Part shown: positions 19,134 through 28,285 of the stretch, piece by piece
Position numbering within the stretch: position 1 is the stretch's first letter
Layout: each line of letters opens with the position of its first letter
Assembly (NCBI GenBank): GCA_964510025.1
Contig: CAZDZV010000004.1
Span: forward strand, 611-64,610
Source of the DNA: an uncultured Methanosarcinales archaeon
Lineage (GTDB): Archaea > Nanobdellota > Nanobdellia > Woesearchaeales > DATDXC01
Direction of reading: 5' to 3'
Length of the DNA: 64,000 nt
Notes under the pieces: model-generated
What the model was told of the DNA's origin: nothing
Database searches by the model: none
What the model saw: the letters and a program-made list of their open reading frames with translations, nothing else
Made by a program: the position numbers and the translations under genes

Positions 19134-20444
19134 ATGAGACAAGCAGTGCAGTATGCAAAGTTTAGCAACTATGGTTTGAGCCAGCCAGATAGAAGTGTAA
19201 TGGGTACACATGGACAGTTAGTAGCTGGCACAGCTTTTGCTGATATAAGGGCGCAAGCCTTGCGTTTTTCACCCGATGAGAGGGTGGAAATGCTGAACAG
19301 GCCTTACGATCCAAAGATTTCAGCAGGCCTTTGGTTCTGGTTTGGCCAGCCATCCAGATTCCATGGGAACTACAAGCATTTTCAGGATCCTGAAAAAATG
19401 GACTGGCTTGCCCAAAGGGTCGTGGAGATGTCCAAATATGGGCTTAAGGCAGTTGAAGCCCATGAGCCTTGGGAGATAAATCCTGGCAATCTAGATTGGT
19501 ACAAAAGAATAAGAGAAGAAGCTGGAGTTGTCGTATCAGTTATTGCCGGTATAGGCGGAGATTTCAGGGCGACAGATGCAAGGCACGGCACCACATCAAG
19601 CCCTATTGGAGAGGTAAGGGATAAATATGCAACCCATACTGTAGATCAGCTGGAACTGGTGAAAAGGCTCTCTGAAGAACAGGGTCACCCTATCGTTGCA
19701 GTTTGTTGGCCGGGGATTGATGGATATACATACCCGATAGGAACTGATTTTTTTGATATGTGGGACAGGTTTGAAGCTGCTTTGGCAGAGGCAATGGACC
19801 GTGTTCCAGGTGTTCGTGTGGCTATTGAACCCAAGCCATATGAGCCAGCTATGAACAACATATGGAGGCACACTCCTAATGGGATGATCATGGCAAGGAA
19901 TGTGGAAGCCAGGCTAAGGGATCCAGTCAATATCGAATTACTGGCGCAGGGCCACGCATTGGTGGGATTAAATCCAGAGATAGGTCACGTGAAGATGGGA
20001 ATGGAAGATGTGCCATATGCATATGCCTCTGTGCTTCGGGACGGCAGGTTAGCACACACGCATATCAACGCGCAGCCAGCTGCTAATTTTGACCAGGACC
20101 TTAATGCTGGCGTTACCGGCTGGGAAGACATCGTCGGCCTTTTATATGTGGCCAGGATGTACGGATACAATGGATTCTTTGGCATCGACATAAATCCAGA
20201 GAAGCAGCCGGTTGAAGCCGCTATCGCGCATAACATCAACGCAATAGTGCATGCAAACGAAATAGTGAGCAACATGGACCATGGAAGAGTTCTTCAGTCA
20301 TACCATCGGCCCGATCAGTTCCAGGGATCGATTGAAGATGCTGTCCTAAGGGCAAGAGCTCGGGGTATGGACCCAGCAAAGCTAATACCTCAGGAAGTTG
20401 TACAGGAACTAGAGCAAAGACAAGTGCCTTGGGCTAAAGAATAA
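19134..20444 (+). CDS. Xylose isomerase-like sugar isomerase (TIM barrel)
   Basis: GLWFW, EAH, WPGIDG, IEPKPYEP, LNPEIGH, FDQDL and GIDINP metal/catalytic motifs. RBS GGAGGG; T-tract at 20445-20460. Confidence 0.85.
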   Translation: MRQAVQYAKFSNYGLSQPDRSVMGTHGQLVAGTAFADIRAQALRFSPDERVEMLNRPYDPKISAGLWFWFGQPSRFHGNYKHFQDPEKMDWLAQRVVEMSKYGLKAVEAHEPWEINPGNLDWYKRIREEAGVVVSVIAGIGGDFRATDARHGTTSSPIGEVRDKYATHTVDQLELVKRLSEEQGHPIVAVCWPGIDGYTYPIGTDFFDMWDRFEAALAEAMDRVPGVRVAIEPKPYEPAMNNIWRHTPNGMIMARNVEARLRDPVNIELLAQGHALVGLNPEIGHVKMGMEDVPYAYASVLRDGRLAHTHINAQPAANFDQDLNAGVTGWEDIVGLLYVARMYGYNGFFGIDINPEKQPVEAAIAHNINAIVHANEIVSNMDHGRVLQSYHRPDQFQGSIEDAVLRARARGMDPAKLIPQEVVQELEQRQVPWAKE

Positions 20445-20488
20445 TTTTTTTCCTTTTTTTACAAAAGAGGTAACCTAGGGGTGAGAAT

Positions 20489-21550
20489 ATGGTAGTGATA
20501 GCAGAAGAATATGATTGGAAGAGTTTTGCACGACAGGATACTGTCCGGACTTTCCGCTTGGCCAACCAGAGACAGGGGGGCATATCTGTATTCCTGACGA
20601 ATTTTGGGCCAACTGTCGTCAGGATCCTTGGTGTTGATGATAAGGGGCAACTGGAAGACCTCCTTCTGGGATACAGCACAGTTGAGGGATATCAGGAAGA
20701 CAGCTCCTACCAGGGAAGAATTGCTGTGGGCAGGGTAGCCAACAGGATTGGCAATGCAGCTTACAATGATCCCCACTCTCGAGAAAGAGTGAGGTTGCCG
20801 GCTAACGACGGGCCGCATACGCTCCATGGCGGTCCGAAGGGATGGAGCAGCCAGACATGGGATGTGGACAGCTATGCCCAGGGAAGCACCTCTGCAGCCA
20901 TAAGGTTCTCTTATCATTGCAACCATATGGAAGACGGATTTCCAGGAGATGTCGTAGCCTGGGTGACGGTGGAACTGACAAAGGATAATGAGCTTAGGTT
21001 CAGCTACATCCTGAACAATGAACAGGATCCATTCTGCCCGACGCCTGTCAATCTCACATTCCATGGCTATTTCAACCTTAACGGAGGCAATACAACTATA
21101 CATAATCATTTTCTCAGGACCAATGCTGACAGGGTGCTTCCGGTGCAAGACCTGATCCCCACCGGTGCGATCGCAGCTGTCGGTCCGATAGAGTACGGAA
21201 GATATGATTTCAGGGATGGCAGGGAGATAGGCGATGAAAAATGGTTTAAAGGACAAGGCTATGACAACTGCCTTGTGTTCCCTGATGGAGAACAGGGCAA
21301 AGCAGAGCTGTGGTCTCCATCAACAGGAAGAAGAGTAACAATGACGACAGACCAGCCGGCTGTTCAGCTTTATACAGGGTTTTTTCTGGAAGCTCCTTTC
21401 AGGCAGTTCCAGGGTGTCTGCCTTGAGCCGCAGCAGCTTGTTGATGCTGTAAACCATCCAGAATGGTGGGACCGGTTTGGAAATCCGTTTGTTGAGCCAG
21501 GAGCAGTATACAGTCACACCACAACCTATAAGTTTGAAGTCAAGAAATAG
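20489..21550 (+). CDS. galM: Aldose 1-epimerase (mutarotase)
   Basis: VGRVANRI, LHGG, DGFPG, VNLTFHGYFNL, GYDNC, VQLYTG, CLEPQ. Confidence 0.93.
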   Translation: MVVIAEEYDWKSFARQDTVRTFRLANQRQGGISVFLTNFGPTVVRILGVDDKGQLEDLLLGYSTVEGYQEDSSYQGRIAVGRVANRIGNAAYNDPHSRERVRLPANDGPHTLHGGPKGWSSQTWDVDSYAQGSTSAAIRFSYHCNHMEDGFPGDVVAWVTVELTKDNELRFSYILNNEQDPFCPTPVNLTFHGYFNLNGGNTTIHNHFLRTNADRVLPVQDLIPTGAIAAVGPIEYGRYDFRDGREIGDEKWFKGQGYDNCLVFPDGEQGKAELWSPSTGRRVTMTTDQPAVQLYTGFFLEAPFRQFQGVCLEPQQLVDAVNHPEWWDRFGNPFVEPGAVYSHTTTYKFEVKK

Positions 21551-21557
21551 ATGTAAT

Positions 21558-22721
21558 ATGAACACAGGAGATATTGCTCGACTATTAACTGAAGGAGAGG
21601 ATCTTTTTAGGAGACGCAAGCATCCTGTACAGCTTAGACCACCCAAAAGAGGACCGCATATCATAATAAGCCCTGAGCTGTCAGCCAAGGTCATGGCCAT
21701 GTCTCCTGCAGAGGAATCAGAGAGTCCTTTTTTCGTTAGCCCCGATGCGATCAGGAAGCCGGATCTGGCAAGGCCATATCATCCTGAAGGAGGCCACAGG
21801 TGGTGGCCGCTTCCAGAAGGCCAGAAAGGCTGGTCACTATACTTTCCACAGGGCACAACCGATTTTACCATGGAAAACTGGAGAGTCCCCCACAGCTTTG
21901 ATAAGGCAGCATTTCAGATTACAGAACAAGACATTGGTAGCGCAAAGCTTAGGGCTTTTATCAGTATGATTAACTCGATGGGAACCAATTTTGATACTAT
22001 AGTCGACCTGGATTACAGGATGCTCGCCTGTCCTGATGGTTGTGCTACATCCGCCATGCTTGCTGAAGATGTTAAGCATGTAGGCTACTCCCAAAAAATA
22101 AAATTCACCAATGATGGAAGACAACCCTGGAATTCAGAATATGGGATGATCGCCCCTTGGAGCATGGCCATGCTGCGTTCTGGCGAGCAAGCATGGATAG
22201 TCATGCCTACCCGGCGTGGAAGAGGTGATGAGATTGTGGATTATGGTATGGGCACTTCTGGAAATGGGGAAGTTCCGTCCTCCAGGTTTTTACTAAGGGA
22301 CGATTATGCGCTTATGAAAGCTGACGGAAGATACAGGGGAAAGAAAGGCCTTAGGCCGCATATATCAACTGGCTCTATTGCTGCAATTGATCTGGAAAGA
22401 GGCTGGCTTACAGTGATGCATGTTCCTGTAAGCAGGGCCGGAAGGTATCTGGACAATAGATGGGAGCCTGAAACCCGCTACCAGGGAACAGCCATAGACT
22501 GCTACAATGACAGTGGAGACATCGCAGCCGGAGGAAAGGAAAGCATGTTTGAGATCGAGGGGGTATGCCCTGTAAGGACTATCTCCCCCGGAAATAGCTT
22601 GTCCTTTACAGTCAAGCTTCATCATTTTCAGCTTACAGATGCAAGCAATATTGGGGTTTTGTACGAGGTCCTTAGGAATCTTGCAGGCGTCAACCTAAAC
22701 AGGGAACAATACAGGGCATAG
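21558..22721 (+). CDS. DUF6786-like putative sugar-binding/mutarotase-fold protein
   Basis: GGHRWWPLPEG..WSLYFP, KADGRYRGKKG, YLDNRWE...IDCYND and FEIE resemble DUF6786 as I recall it. Start moved to the ATG after the galM stop. Confidence 0.6.
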   Translation: MNTGDIARLLTEGEDLFRRRKHPVQLRPPKRGPHIIISPELSAKVMAMSPAEESESPFFVSPDAIRKPDLARPYHPEGGHRWWPLPEGQKGWSLYFPQGTTDFTMENWRVPHSFDKAAFQITEQDIGSAKLRAFISMINSMGTNFDTIVDLDYRMLACPDGCATSAMLAEDVKHVGYSQKIKFTNDGRQPWNSEYGMIAPWSMAMLRSGEQAWIVMPTRRGRGDEIVDYGMGTSGNGEVPSSRFLLRDDYALMKADGRYRGKKGLRPHISTGSIAAIDLERGWLTVMHVPVSRAGRYLDNRWEPETRYQGTAIDCYNDSGDIAAGGKESMFEIEGVCPVRTISPGNSLSFTVKLHHFQLTDASNIGVLYEVLRNLAGVNLNREQYRA

Positions 22722-22722
22722 A

Positions 22723-23823
22723 ATGAAAAGAGCACCAGGAAGGATAGAGTTCATAGGGAACCATACTGACTACAATGGTGGCTGGGTGATAGCTGCAGCC
22801 ATAGACGCATACATCACAGCAAAAGCAGCGGCAAGAGATGATAACAGGATCTCCCTTGCCTCCAGGGCTCTGGATTCAGTGGTAGAGGTGCCGTCAGATA
22901 TCCTTGATGCAGCGCCAAAAGATATCCAGGCGAGGCTGGATGGGGATCTGAGATGGACCCGCTACCCCATCGGTGTTGCCTATTTTATGAGGCAGGCAGG
23001 AGCAGATATCCGTGGATTTGACATCGTCTTTGACAATACCCTGCCCCCCAATTCAGGCCTTTCGTCCTCAGCAGCGCTGGAGGTCTCAACATTGATGGAG
23101 CTGAAAACACTGTTTCCTTTTGACATGACACTGGAGCAGGCGGCGTTGCTCTGCCAAAGGGCAGAAAACGACATAGCTGACGTCCCCTGCGGCAACATGG
23201 ACCAGTTCGCCAGCCTTAATGGCGGATTGACCTATCTCGACTGCAGAACATTGGCCTATGAATCACTCCAGCTTCCGTCTGAATGGATGCTTGCCGTGCT
23301 GAACACAGGAGTCATGCACAACAACGAGGCCAAGGAAGGCTATCCTGCCAGAAGAAAGGAATGCTTCGAAGCTGCAGCCGCGCTTGGAGCAAAAGCCCTG
23401 AGAGATGCTGATATGGGATTGCTGGCATTTCATAAGGAGGATATGGGTGAGGCTAATTACAGGAGGGCCCGTCATGTGATCGGTGAGAACAGCCGGGTGC
23501 ATGAGGCAAGAGCAGTGCTCAGGTGGCATGGTCCCCTGGAAGAAAGATACAGAAGGCTTTATCATCTTATGAGGGCCTCTCATGAAAGCTCAAGGGATGA
23601 TTTCCAGAACAGCTGTAGAGAACTGGATGTCATGGCAGACATATGCTGGAGCAGAGGATTGGCAGCCAGGTTGTCTGGTGGGGGGTTTGGAGGGGCAGTT
23701 GCAGTAGTGCTGCCTGCTGCAAGGCAGCAGGAACTGTCAAGGATAGTCAAGGACTTCAATGCAGCTACAGGGGGCAATGCAACATCAGCAGTCTACAGGG
23801 TAGCGCAGGGAGCGTACAGGTGA
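22723..23823 (+). CDS. galK: Galactokinase-family GHMP kinase
   Basis: APGRIEFIGNHTDYNGG, PPNSGLSSSAA, CGNMDQ, ARLSGGGFGG. Confidence 0.88.
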   Translation: MKRAPGRIEFIGNHTDYNGGWVIAAAIDAYITAKAAARDDNRISLASRALDSVVEVPSDILDAAPKDIQARLDGDLRWTRYPIGVAYFMRQAGADIRGFDIVFDNTLPPNSGLSSSAALEVSTLMELKTLFPFDMTLEQAALLCQRAENDIADVPCGNMDQFASLNGGLTYLDCRTLAYESLQLPSEWMLAVLNTGVMHNNEAKEGYPARRKECFEAAAALGAKALRDADMGLLAFHKEDMGEANYRRARHVIGENSRVHEARAVLRWHGPLEERYRRLYHLMRASHESSRDDFQNSCRELDVMADICWSRGLAARLSGGGFGGAVAVVLPAARQQELSRIVKDFNAATGGNATSAVYRVAQGAYR

Positions 23824-23827
23824 TAAT

Positions 23828-25324
23828 ATGGTAGCAAATATACTGGCGATCGATCCAGGAGCGACGAATACAAAAGGCGTACTAAGGCGATACTCAAGAA
23901 CAGGAGATATAAGGCCGGATGTCGTCAGTAGCTATTCAGCTCCTTCAGCAACGGCCATCCAGGATGGCATTAGATGCGAAACAGCACCAGAAGCTATGTT
24001 TAAGATCCTAGCCGAGCTGCCTGAAAAAGAGAGGCAGAGGCTGAGGGCTATTGTCATCGCATCTCATGGAGCTACAGAAATCCCGATAGACAATTCAGGA
24101 AATCCTGTCTTTGGAGTTGTCTCGTATGATAATGGATGCTTCGATGAACATCAAGGAGAATTTTTTCAACGTTTCGGCAGCCCGGAAGACCAATACCTTA
24201 TGACCGGCACAGCCAGCTTCCCGAAAGGGATCAATGCTGCCCAGCAGTTGTATTTCTGGGAAAAGGAAAGGCGCGCATGGTTCGAGACAGCCGCGCATCT
24301 GCTCCCATTATCATCATACATGGCTTTCCTCCTGACAGGGAACAGGTTTACCTCTCATACGCATACACGGAACCATGCTTATCTTGAGAATACAGATGGT
24401 AGCTGGAGCAGGCCTGTGGTTGCTATGGGCTGGCAGAGGCTCTTCCCTGGGTTCAGAAGGTCCTTTGAGCCATATGGCACAGTAAGCAGGGCGGTTGCTG
24501 CTGGCTATCAGCTGCCTGCAGATTGCATGGTGGTGGCTGCCGGCCATGACACTTCTGTTGCGTCCCTCCTTGCCCCCAACTATATCAACACAGGCACATG
24601 GATATGCAACACCTGCGTCGGAGCTGACCGTGAGCTGACAGCTGAGATGGCAGGAATTGGCCTGGTGGTCAATGCAGACGTATACGACAAAAACCTTATG
24701 ACAATCATGGCAAGGCTTGGCCAGACAAGGGACGCTTACAGGGCAATGTACGGCAACAACCTTCCGGAGGATATTGCCTTCAAGGGGCTTAATTTCCTTG
24801 AGCCTGAGATAGTCCCGCTGGCTTTTATGGAGGGTGTAGGGGTATATCCTTCTTTGCCAGCTGCTGAGATACCCCTCTCCTTGAGGGGCAGCGGTGAAAA
24901 GCTGATCCACTCGCTATCGTTCTCTATCGCGATCGCAGAGGCTCTTTCGTCCATTATGACAAGCGACCCTGATGTGCCTTTAGGCAAAACACTAGGCGAC
25001 CTTTTGACAGAAGGCTACAGCGCCAAAGATGTTGTTATCGGAGGAAACTTTGTGAGGGATCTTGATGATGGAAGGATGGGAACATTTACAGAATTTTTCA
25101 GGAGGCTATACCCTGGAAAAGTCGAAAGATTCACCTTTGCTGAGCCTACAAGCTTTGCAGCCCACATATGTGCAGTGGCTGCTCTTGAAGGTACAACACC
25201 AGCAGAGTTGTCTGGGCGCATTGTAGCTCCGACAGAAGACATAAGCTATGGTAATCATGATATAGACCTAGCCCAAAGGGTAAGGGCTTGGGAAGCAGAC
25301 CTGGAAGATGTTGTGGAGGGATAA
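23828..25324 (+). CDS. FGGY-family carbohydrate kinase (fuculo/rhamnulokinase-like, divergent)
   Basis: AIDPGATNTK, IASHGA, AGHDTS, INTGTW; lies directly upstream of the fucI remnant. Confidence 0.75.
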   Translation: MVANILAIDPGATNTKGVLRRYSRTGDIRPDVVSSYSAPSATAIQDGIRCETAPEAMFKILAELPEKERQRLRAIVIASHGATEIPIDNSGNPVFGVVSYDNGCFDEHQGEFFQRFGSPEDQYLMTGTASFPKGINAAQQLYFWEKERRAWFETAAHLLPLSSYMAFLLTGNRFTSHTHTRNHAYLENTDGSWSRPVVAMGWQRLFPGFRRSFEPYGTVSRAVAAGYQLPADCMVVAAGHDTSVASLLAPNYINTGTWICNTCVGADRELTAEMAGIGLVVNADVYDKNLMTIMARLGQTRDAYRAMYGNNLPEDIAFKGLNFLEPEIVPLAFMEGVGVYPSLPAAEIPLSLRGSGEKLIHSLSFSIAIAEALSSIMTSDPDVPLGKTLGDLLTEGYSAKDVVIGGNFVRDLDDGRMGTFTEFFRRLYPGKVERFTFAEPTSFAAHICAVAALEGTTPAELSGRIVAPTEDISYGNHDIDLAQRVRAWEADLEDVVEG

Positions 25325-25326
25325 GA

Positions 25327-25735
25327 ATGCCAGGATTGGTTGATATGCATCCAAAGGTTGGGATAAGGCCTACTATCGACGGCAGGCTAAGGGATGAGGT
25401 TTCTGTGAAAGAAACAGAAGCATGGGCTCAGGCAGCAGCCGAGTTCATTAGACAAAATGTGACATATACTGATGGCGAGCCAGTGGGGGTTTTGGTATCA
25501 CATGTAATAGGCAATGCAGAAGAAGCTGCAAGAGCAGCCAGCCATTTCAGCAGGAATGATGTGGGTGTGGAGATAACAGCGACCGACAAATGGTGCTATG
25601 GTACTGAAACGGTCAGTATGGATCCAGTTACGCAGAAAGCGCTGCTCCCGAAAAACGGCACAGAAAGACCAGGAAGGAGCAGACTACCGCGCCTGCAGCA
25701 CACTGGGGCCGTTGTACAGGCCCATCCAGCATTAA
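25327..25735 (+). pseudogene. fucI: L-fucose isomerase remnant with a large internal deletion and frameshift
   Basis: FucI N-terminus (PKVGIRPTIDGR...WCYGTET..MDP...NGTERPG, to 25674) is joined out of frame to the FucI C-terminus EGADYRACSTLGPLYRPIQH* (25673-25735). Confidence 0.85.
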
Positions 25736-25736
25736 G

Positions 25737-27137
25737 ATGGTAGCAATAAAAAAAATAGCAAGTTCACTGCGCAAAGAGCCCGGAGCTATGGGCTTTGCTG
25801 GAGGCAGTATGTCAGGATTTTGGCAGTCTGCTGTGGCGATACAGACAACAGGCGGATACATAGGGGCATCCTATGGCACCCAAAACCCGCTCTGGTGCTC
25901 CAAACAGCTGTATGGTGCGCTGCAGGGACAGCATGGTCCGGTAAAAGGCGAAAGGCTTGCAAACGAGCTCATGTATGCCCTCACAAAAGAGGTGCTGACC
26001 GCTCTTGCTGAGCAAGATATCTCAGCGCCAGAGGAAGCCATGCTTAGGGCTATTTCAGACCCTGCTATAGCCGATACGGTAAGGGCGTTTTACAGAAAGA
26101 ACGGCCTTCAGGGAGAGCTGCCCTTCACATATATTCTGAATGCTGCGGTAGCGCCTGACCTTGCTGTGTGGATGGCAACTTCTCAGGCAAGAGGCATAGA
26201 CAATTTTAATGACCTTACAGGACATAGGCTGTCGCACAGGGCCGAAAGGGTGGCTGTAATACCTCTTGTCTCATACGGCATACGTGAAGCCCAGATAGAA
26301 GATCTGATTGACCAGGGTTACAGGATATTCAAGACAAAGATGGGCGCCTATGATGATAGATATGAAAAAGGTTCAGTTGAGGATTTCATGAACATGATGA
26401 AAGTTGACAGAGAGAAGCTGCAGCTTGTGTCCAGGCTGACAGAATCCCTTGAGACCGACCTCACAGAAGATGGCCGGGTGCCGCTGTACCTTGACTTCAA
26501 CGGCCGGATCCCCAGCGACGATAGAGGGGTCAATCTCCTGCAAGCCTATATGGAGGTTGCGGCAAGCGTAAATGCCCTTGACAGGATAATAGTGGTCGAG
26601 GAGCCTTTTGAGGATATGAAATCAATGGGCAGCCAGTTTGATGTATTCAGGGATTTCATGGACAGATATGGTGTTACTATAGTAGCAGATGAATGCGCGC
26701 ATTCAGCTGAAGATGTGAGGGAACTGCTGGCTTTAGGGTGCAGGGGCTTTGCGCTTAAGCCAGCTGCAAAGACGCTGACTGAAACACTGAGGATGATAGA
26801 TATCATAACCGGGCACAACGACGCCAACCCAGATGACAACGCCTATTGCTTCTGCGCAGACCTCACAGTTGTCCCATCACTGGTGGAATGGAACCTGCAT
26901 GTCCAGGCAAGGCTTCCGCCATGGCCAGGGCTTGCTGAAGGGGTTAGGATGCTTGAATCAAACTGGATGCAGCACTATCTCTACAGAAATAGGTTGCCTG
27001 AAAGGTATCCCGCATCAGAAGTTGCATCCCCTGAAGGAGGTGTTTTCCTGCCGACAGCTGAGTGGTTCAGGACAGGGGGCAGGATCTTTCATCCTGGCGG
27101 ACAAATGCTGGAAAAAATTATGGCCACCTTACACTAA
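25737..27137 (+). CDS. Enolase/mandelate racemase superfamily enzyme (possible sugar-acid dehydratase/epimerase)
   Basis: KxK motif IFKTKMG; metal ligands YLDFNG, VEEPF and VADE; ALKP. Confidence 0.75.
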   Translation: MVAIKKIASSLRKEPGAMGFAGGSMSGFWQSAVAIQTTGGYIGASYGTQNPLWCSKQLYGALQGQHGPVKGERLANELMYALTKEVLTALAEQDISAPEEAMLRAISDPAIADTVRAFYRKNGLQGELPFTYILNAAVAPDLAVWMATSQARGIDNFNDLTGHRLSHRAERVAVIPLVSYGIREAQIEDLIDQGYRIFKTKMGAYDDRYEKGSVEDFMNMMKVDREKLQLVSRLTESLETDLTEDGRVPLYLDFNGRIPSDDRGVNLLQAYMEVAASVNALDRIIVVEEPFEDMKSMGSQFDVFRDFMDRYGVTIVADECAHSAEDVRELLALGCRGFALKPAAKTLTETLRMIDIITGHNDANPDDNAYCFCADLTVVPSLVEWNLHVQARLPPWPGLAEGVRMLESNWMQHYLYRNRLPERYPASEVASPEGGVFLPTAEWFRTGGRIFHPGGQMLEKIMATLH

Positions 27138-27138
27138 A

Positions 27139-28284
27139 ATGCAGAAGTATAACCTATTCACACCGACCAGCCATGTTGCAGTTACAGCTGAGGCAGGCAT
27201 GCTTACTGCCAGGTTTGGCGATATCGAGCCTTTTGCTGTCGCCCCGTGGGTTGGGGAAGAACTTCCGGATTCACTGCCACCTTTGATAAGGTATCTCAGA
27301 GGGGACTTTGATACGATATGCGGTGCTGGGCCAGAAGAAGGCTACATGCCGCATGGAGAGCCTGCCAATGGCACCTGGCGGCTGATTACCCGGAAAACCG
27401 CAGGCAATGTTGCATTCATGCATCTCCACATGCACACCACAAAACCCGAAGGTGCTGTTACGAAGACTGTTGTCTTGGCAGATGAGCCTGTTGTCTACAC
27501 ACAGACAAGATATGTGATGGATGCCCGGATACCATATGGCCACCATGCCATAGTCCGCATTCCAGAAGGCCATTCTGCAGCAGATGTTTCTACATCAGAT
27601 TTTGTCTTTGGCATGACCTATCCTGAAAGGTTCGATGGCGATGGCGGCACTCCCAGACTGGCAGTCGGCCAGGAGGTGATGTTAGCTGGGCAGACAATAG
27701 AGCTGCCTTTGTCAGATGGAGCCTATGTGCCCGTAGATCAATATTATCACCGGAAAGGGCATGATGACCTGTTTATGCTAAGCCATGACCCGAACGCAGA
27801 TTTCGCATGGACTGCTATGACAAACCGTAAAGAAGGCTATGTCTTCTTCACGCTTAAGGATCCAGGGACCCTGGCATCCACGCTTTTCTGGCTTTCCCAT
27901 TACGGTAGAAACCAGTCTCCATGGGGGGTTGACGGCCAACCAAGGCACGGATTTGTTATGGGGATAGAGGATGTTACAGCCTTCTTCTGCATGGGTGTCG
28001 AAGCCTCGCTAGGAAGAAATCCAAGGCATAGGCGATTATATGAAAGGCTGCAGGAGTTAGGGGTGAAAACCTCTGCAGCATTCTCAGCATCTGTGCCAAG
28101 GCCGATAAATTACATAATGGGTGCTGTTCCGGTAGCTGATGGGTTCACGGGGGTTAAGGCTATCACAGCAGATGGAGCGTCCATCACAATCATAGACAAG
28201 GGGGATACAGAACCAACAAGGGTTCCTGTATGCACCTCATGGCTTAAAGACGGAAATCTGGATGATATAATCGGAGGTAATTAA
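27139..28284 (+). CDS. Hypothetical protein, probable galactose-mutarotase-like fold
   Basis: LRGDF...PHGEPANG.W, GHHA, W.SH.GR...PW, MGIEDVTAFF. Start moved to the ATG after the upstream stop. Confidence 0.55.
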   Translation: MQKYNLFTPTSHVAVTAEAGMLTARFGDIEPFAVAPWVGEELPDSLPPLIRYLRGDFDTICGAGPEEGYMPHGEPANGTWRLITRKTAGNVAFMHLHMHTTKPEGAVTKTVVLADEPVVYTQTRYVMDARIPYGHHAIVRIPEGHSAADVSTSDFVFGMTYPERFDGDGGTPRLAVGQEVMLAGQTIELPLSDGAYVPVDQYYHRKGHDDLFMLSHDPNADFAWTAMTNRKEGYVFFTLKDPGTLASTLFWLSHYGRNQSPWGVDGQPRHGFVMGIEDVTAFFCMGVEASLGRNPRHRRLYERLQELGVKTSAAFSASVPRPINYIMGAVPVADGFTGVKAITADGASITIIDKGDTEPTRVPVCTSWLKDGNLDDIIGGN

Positions 28285-28285
28285 G

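Noticed and set aside
26833..27138. Long N-terminal extensions in the ORF track (also 21477, 25288, 33363, 6342, 12855, 44079)
   Set aside because: They overlap upstream genes; better starts lie next to the upstream stops.
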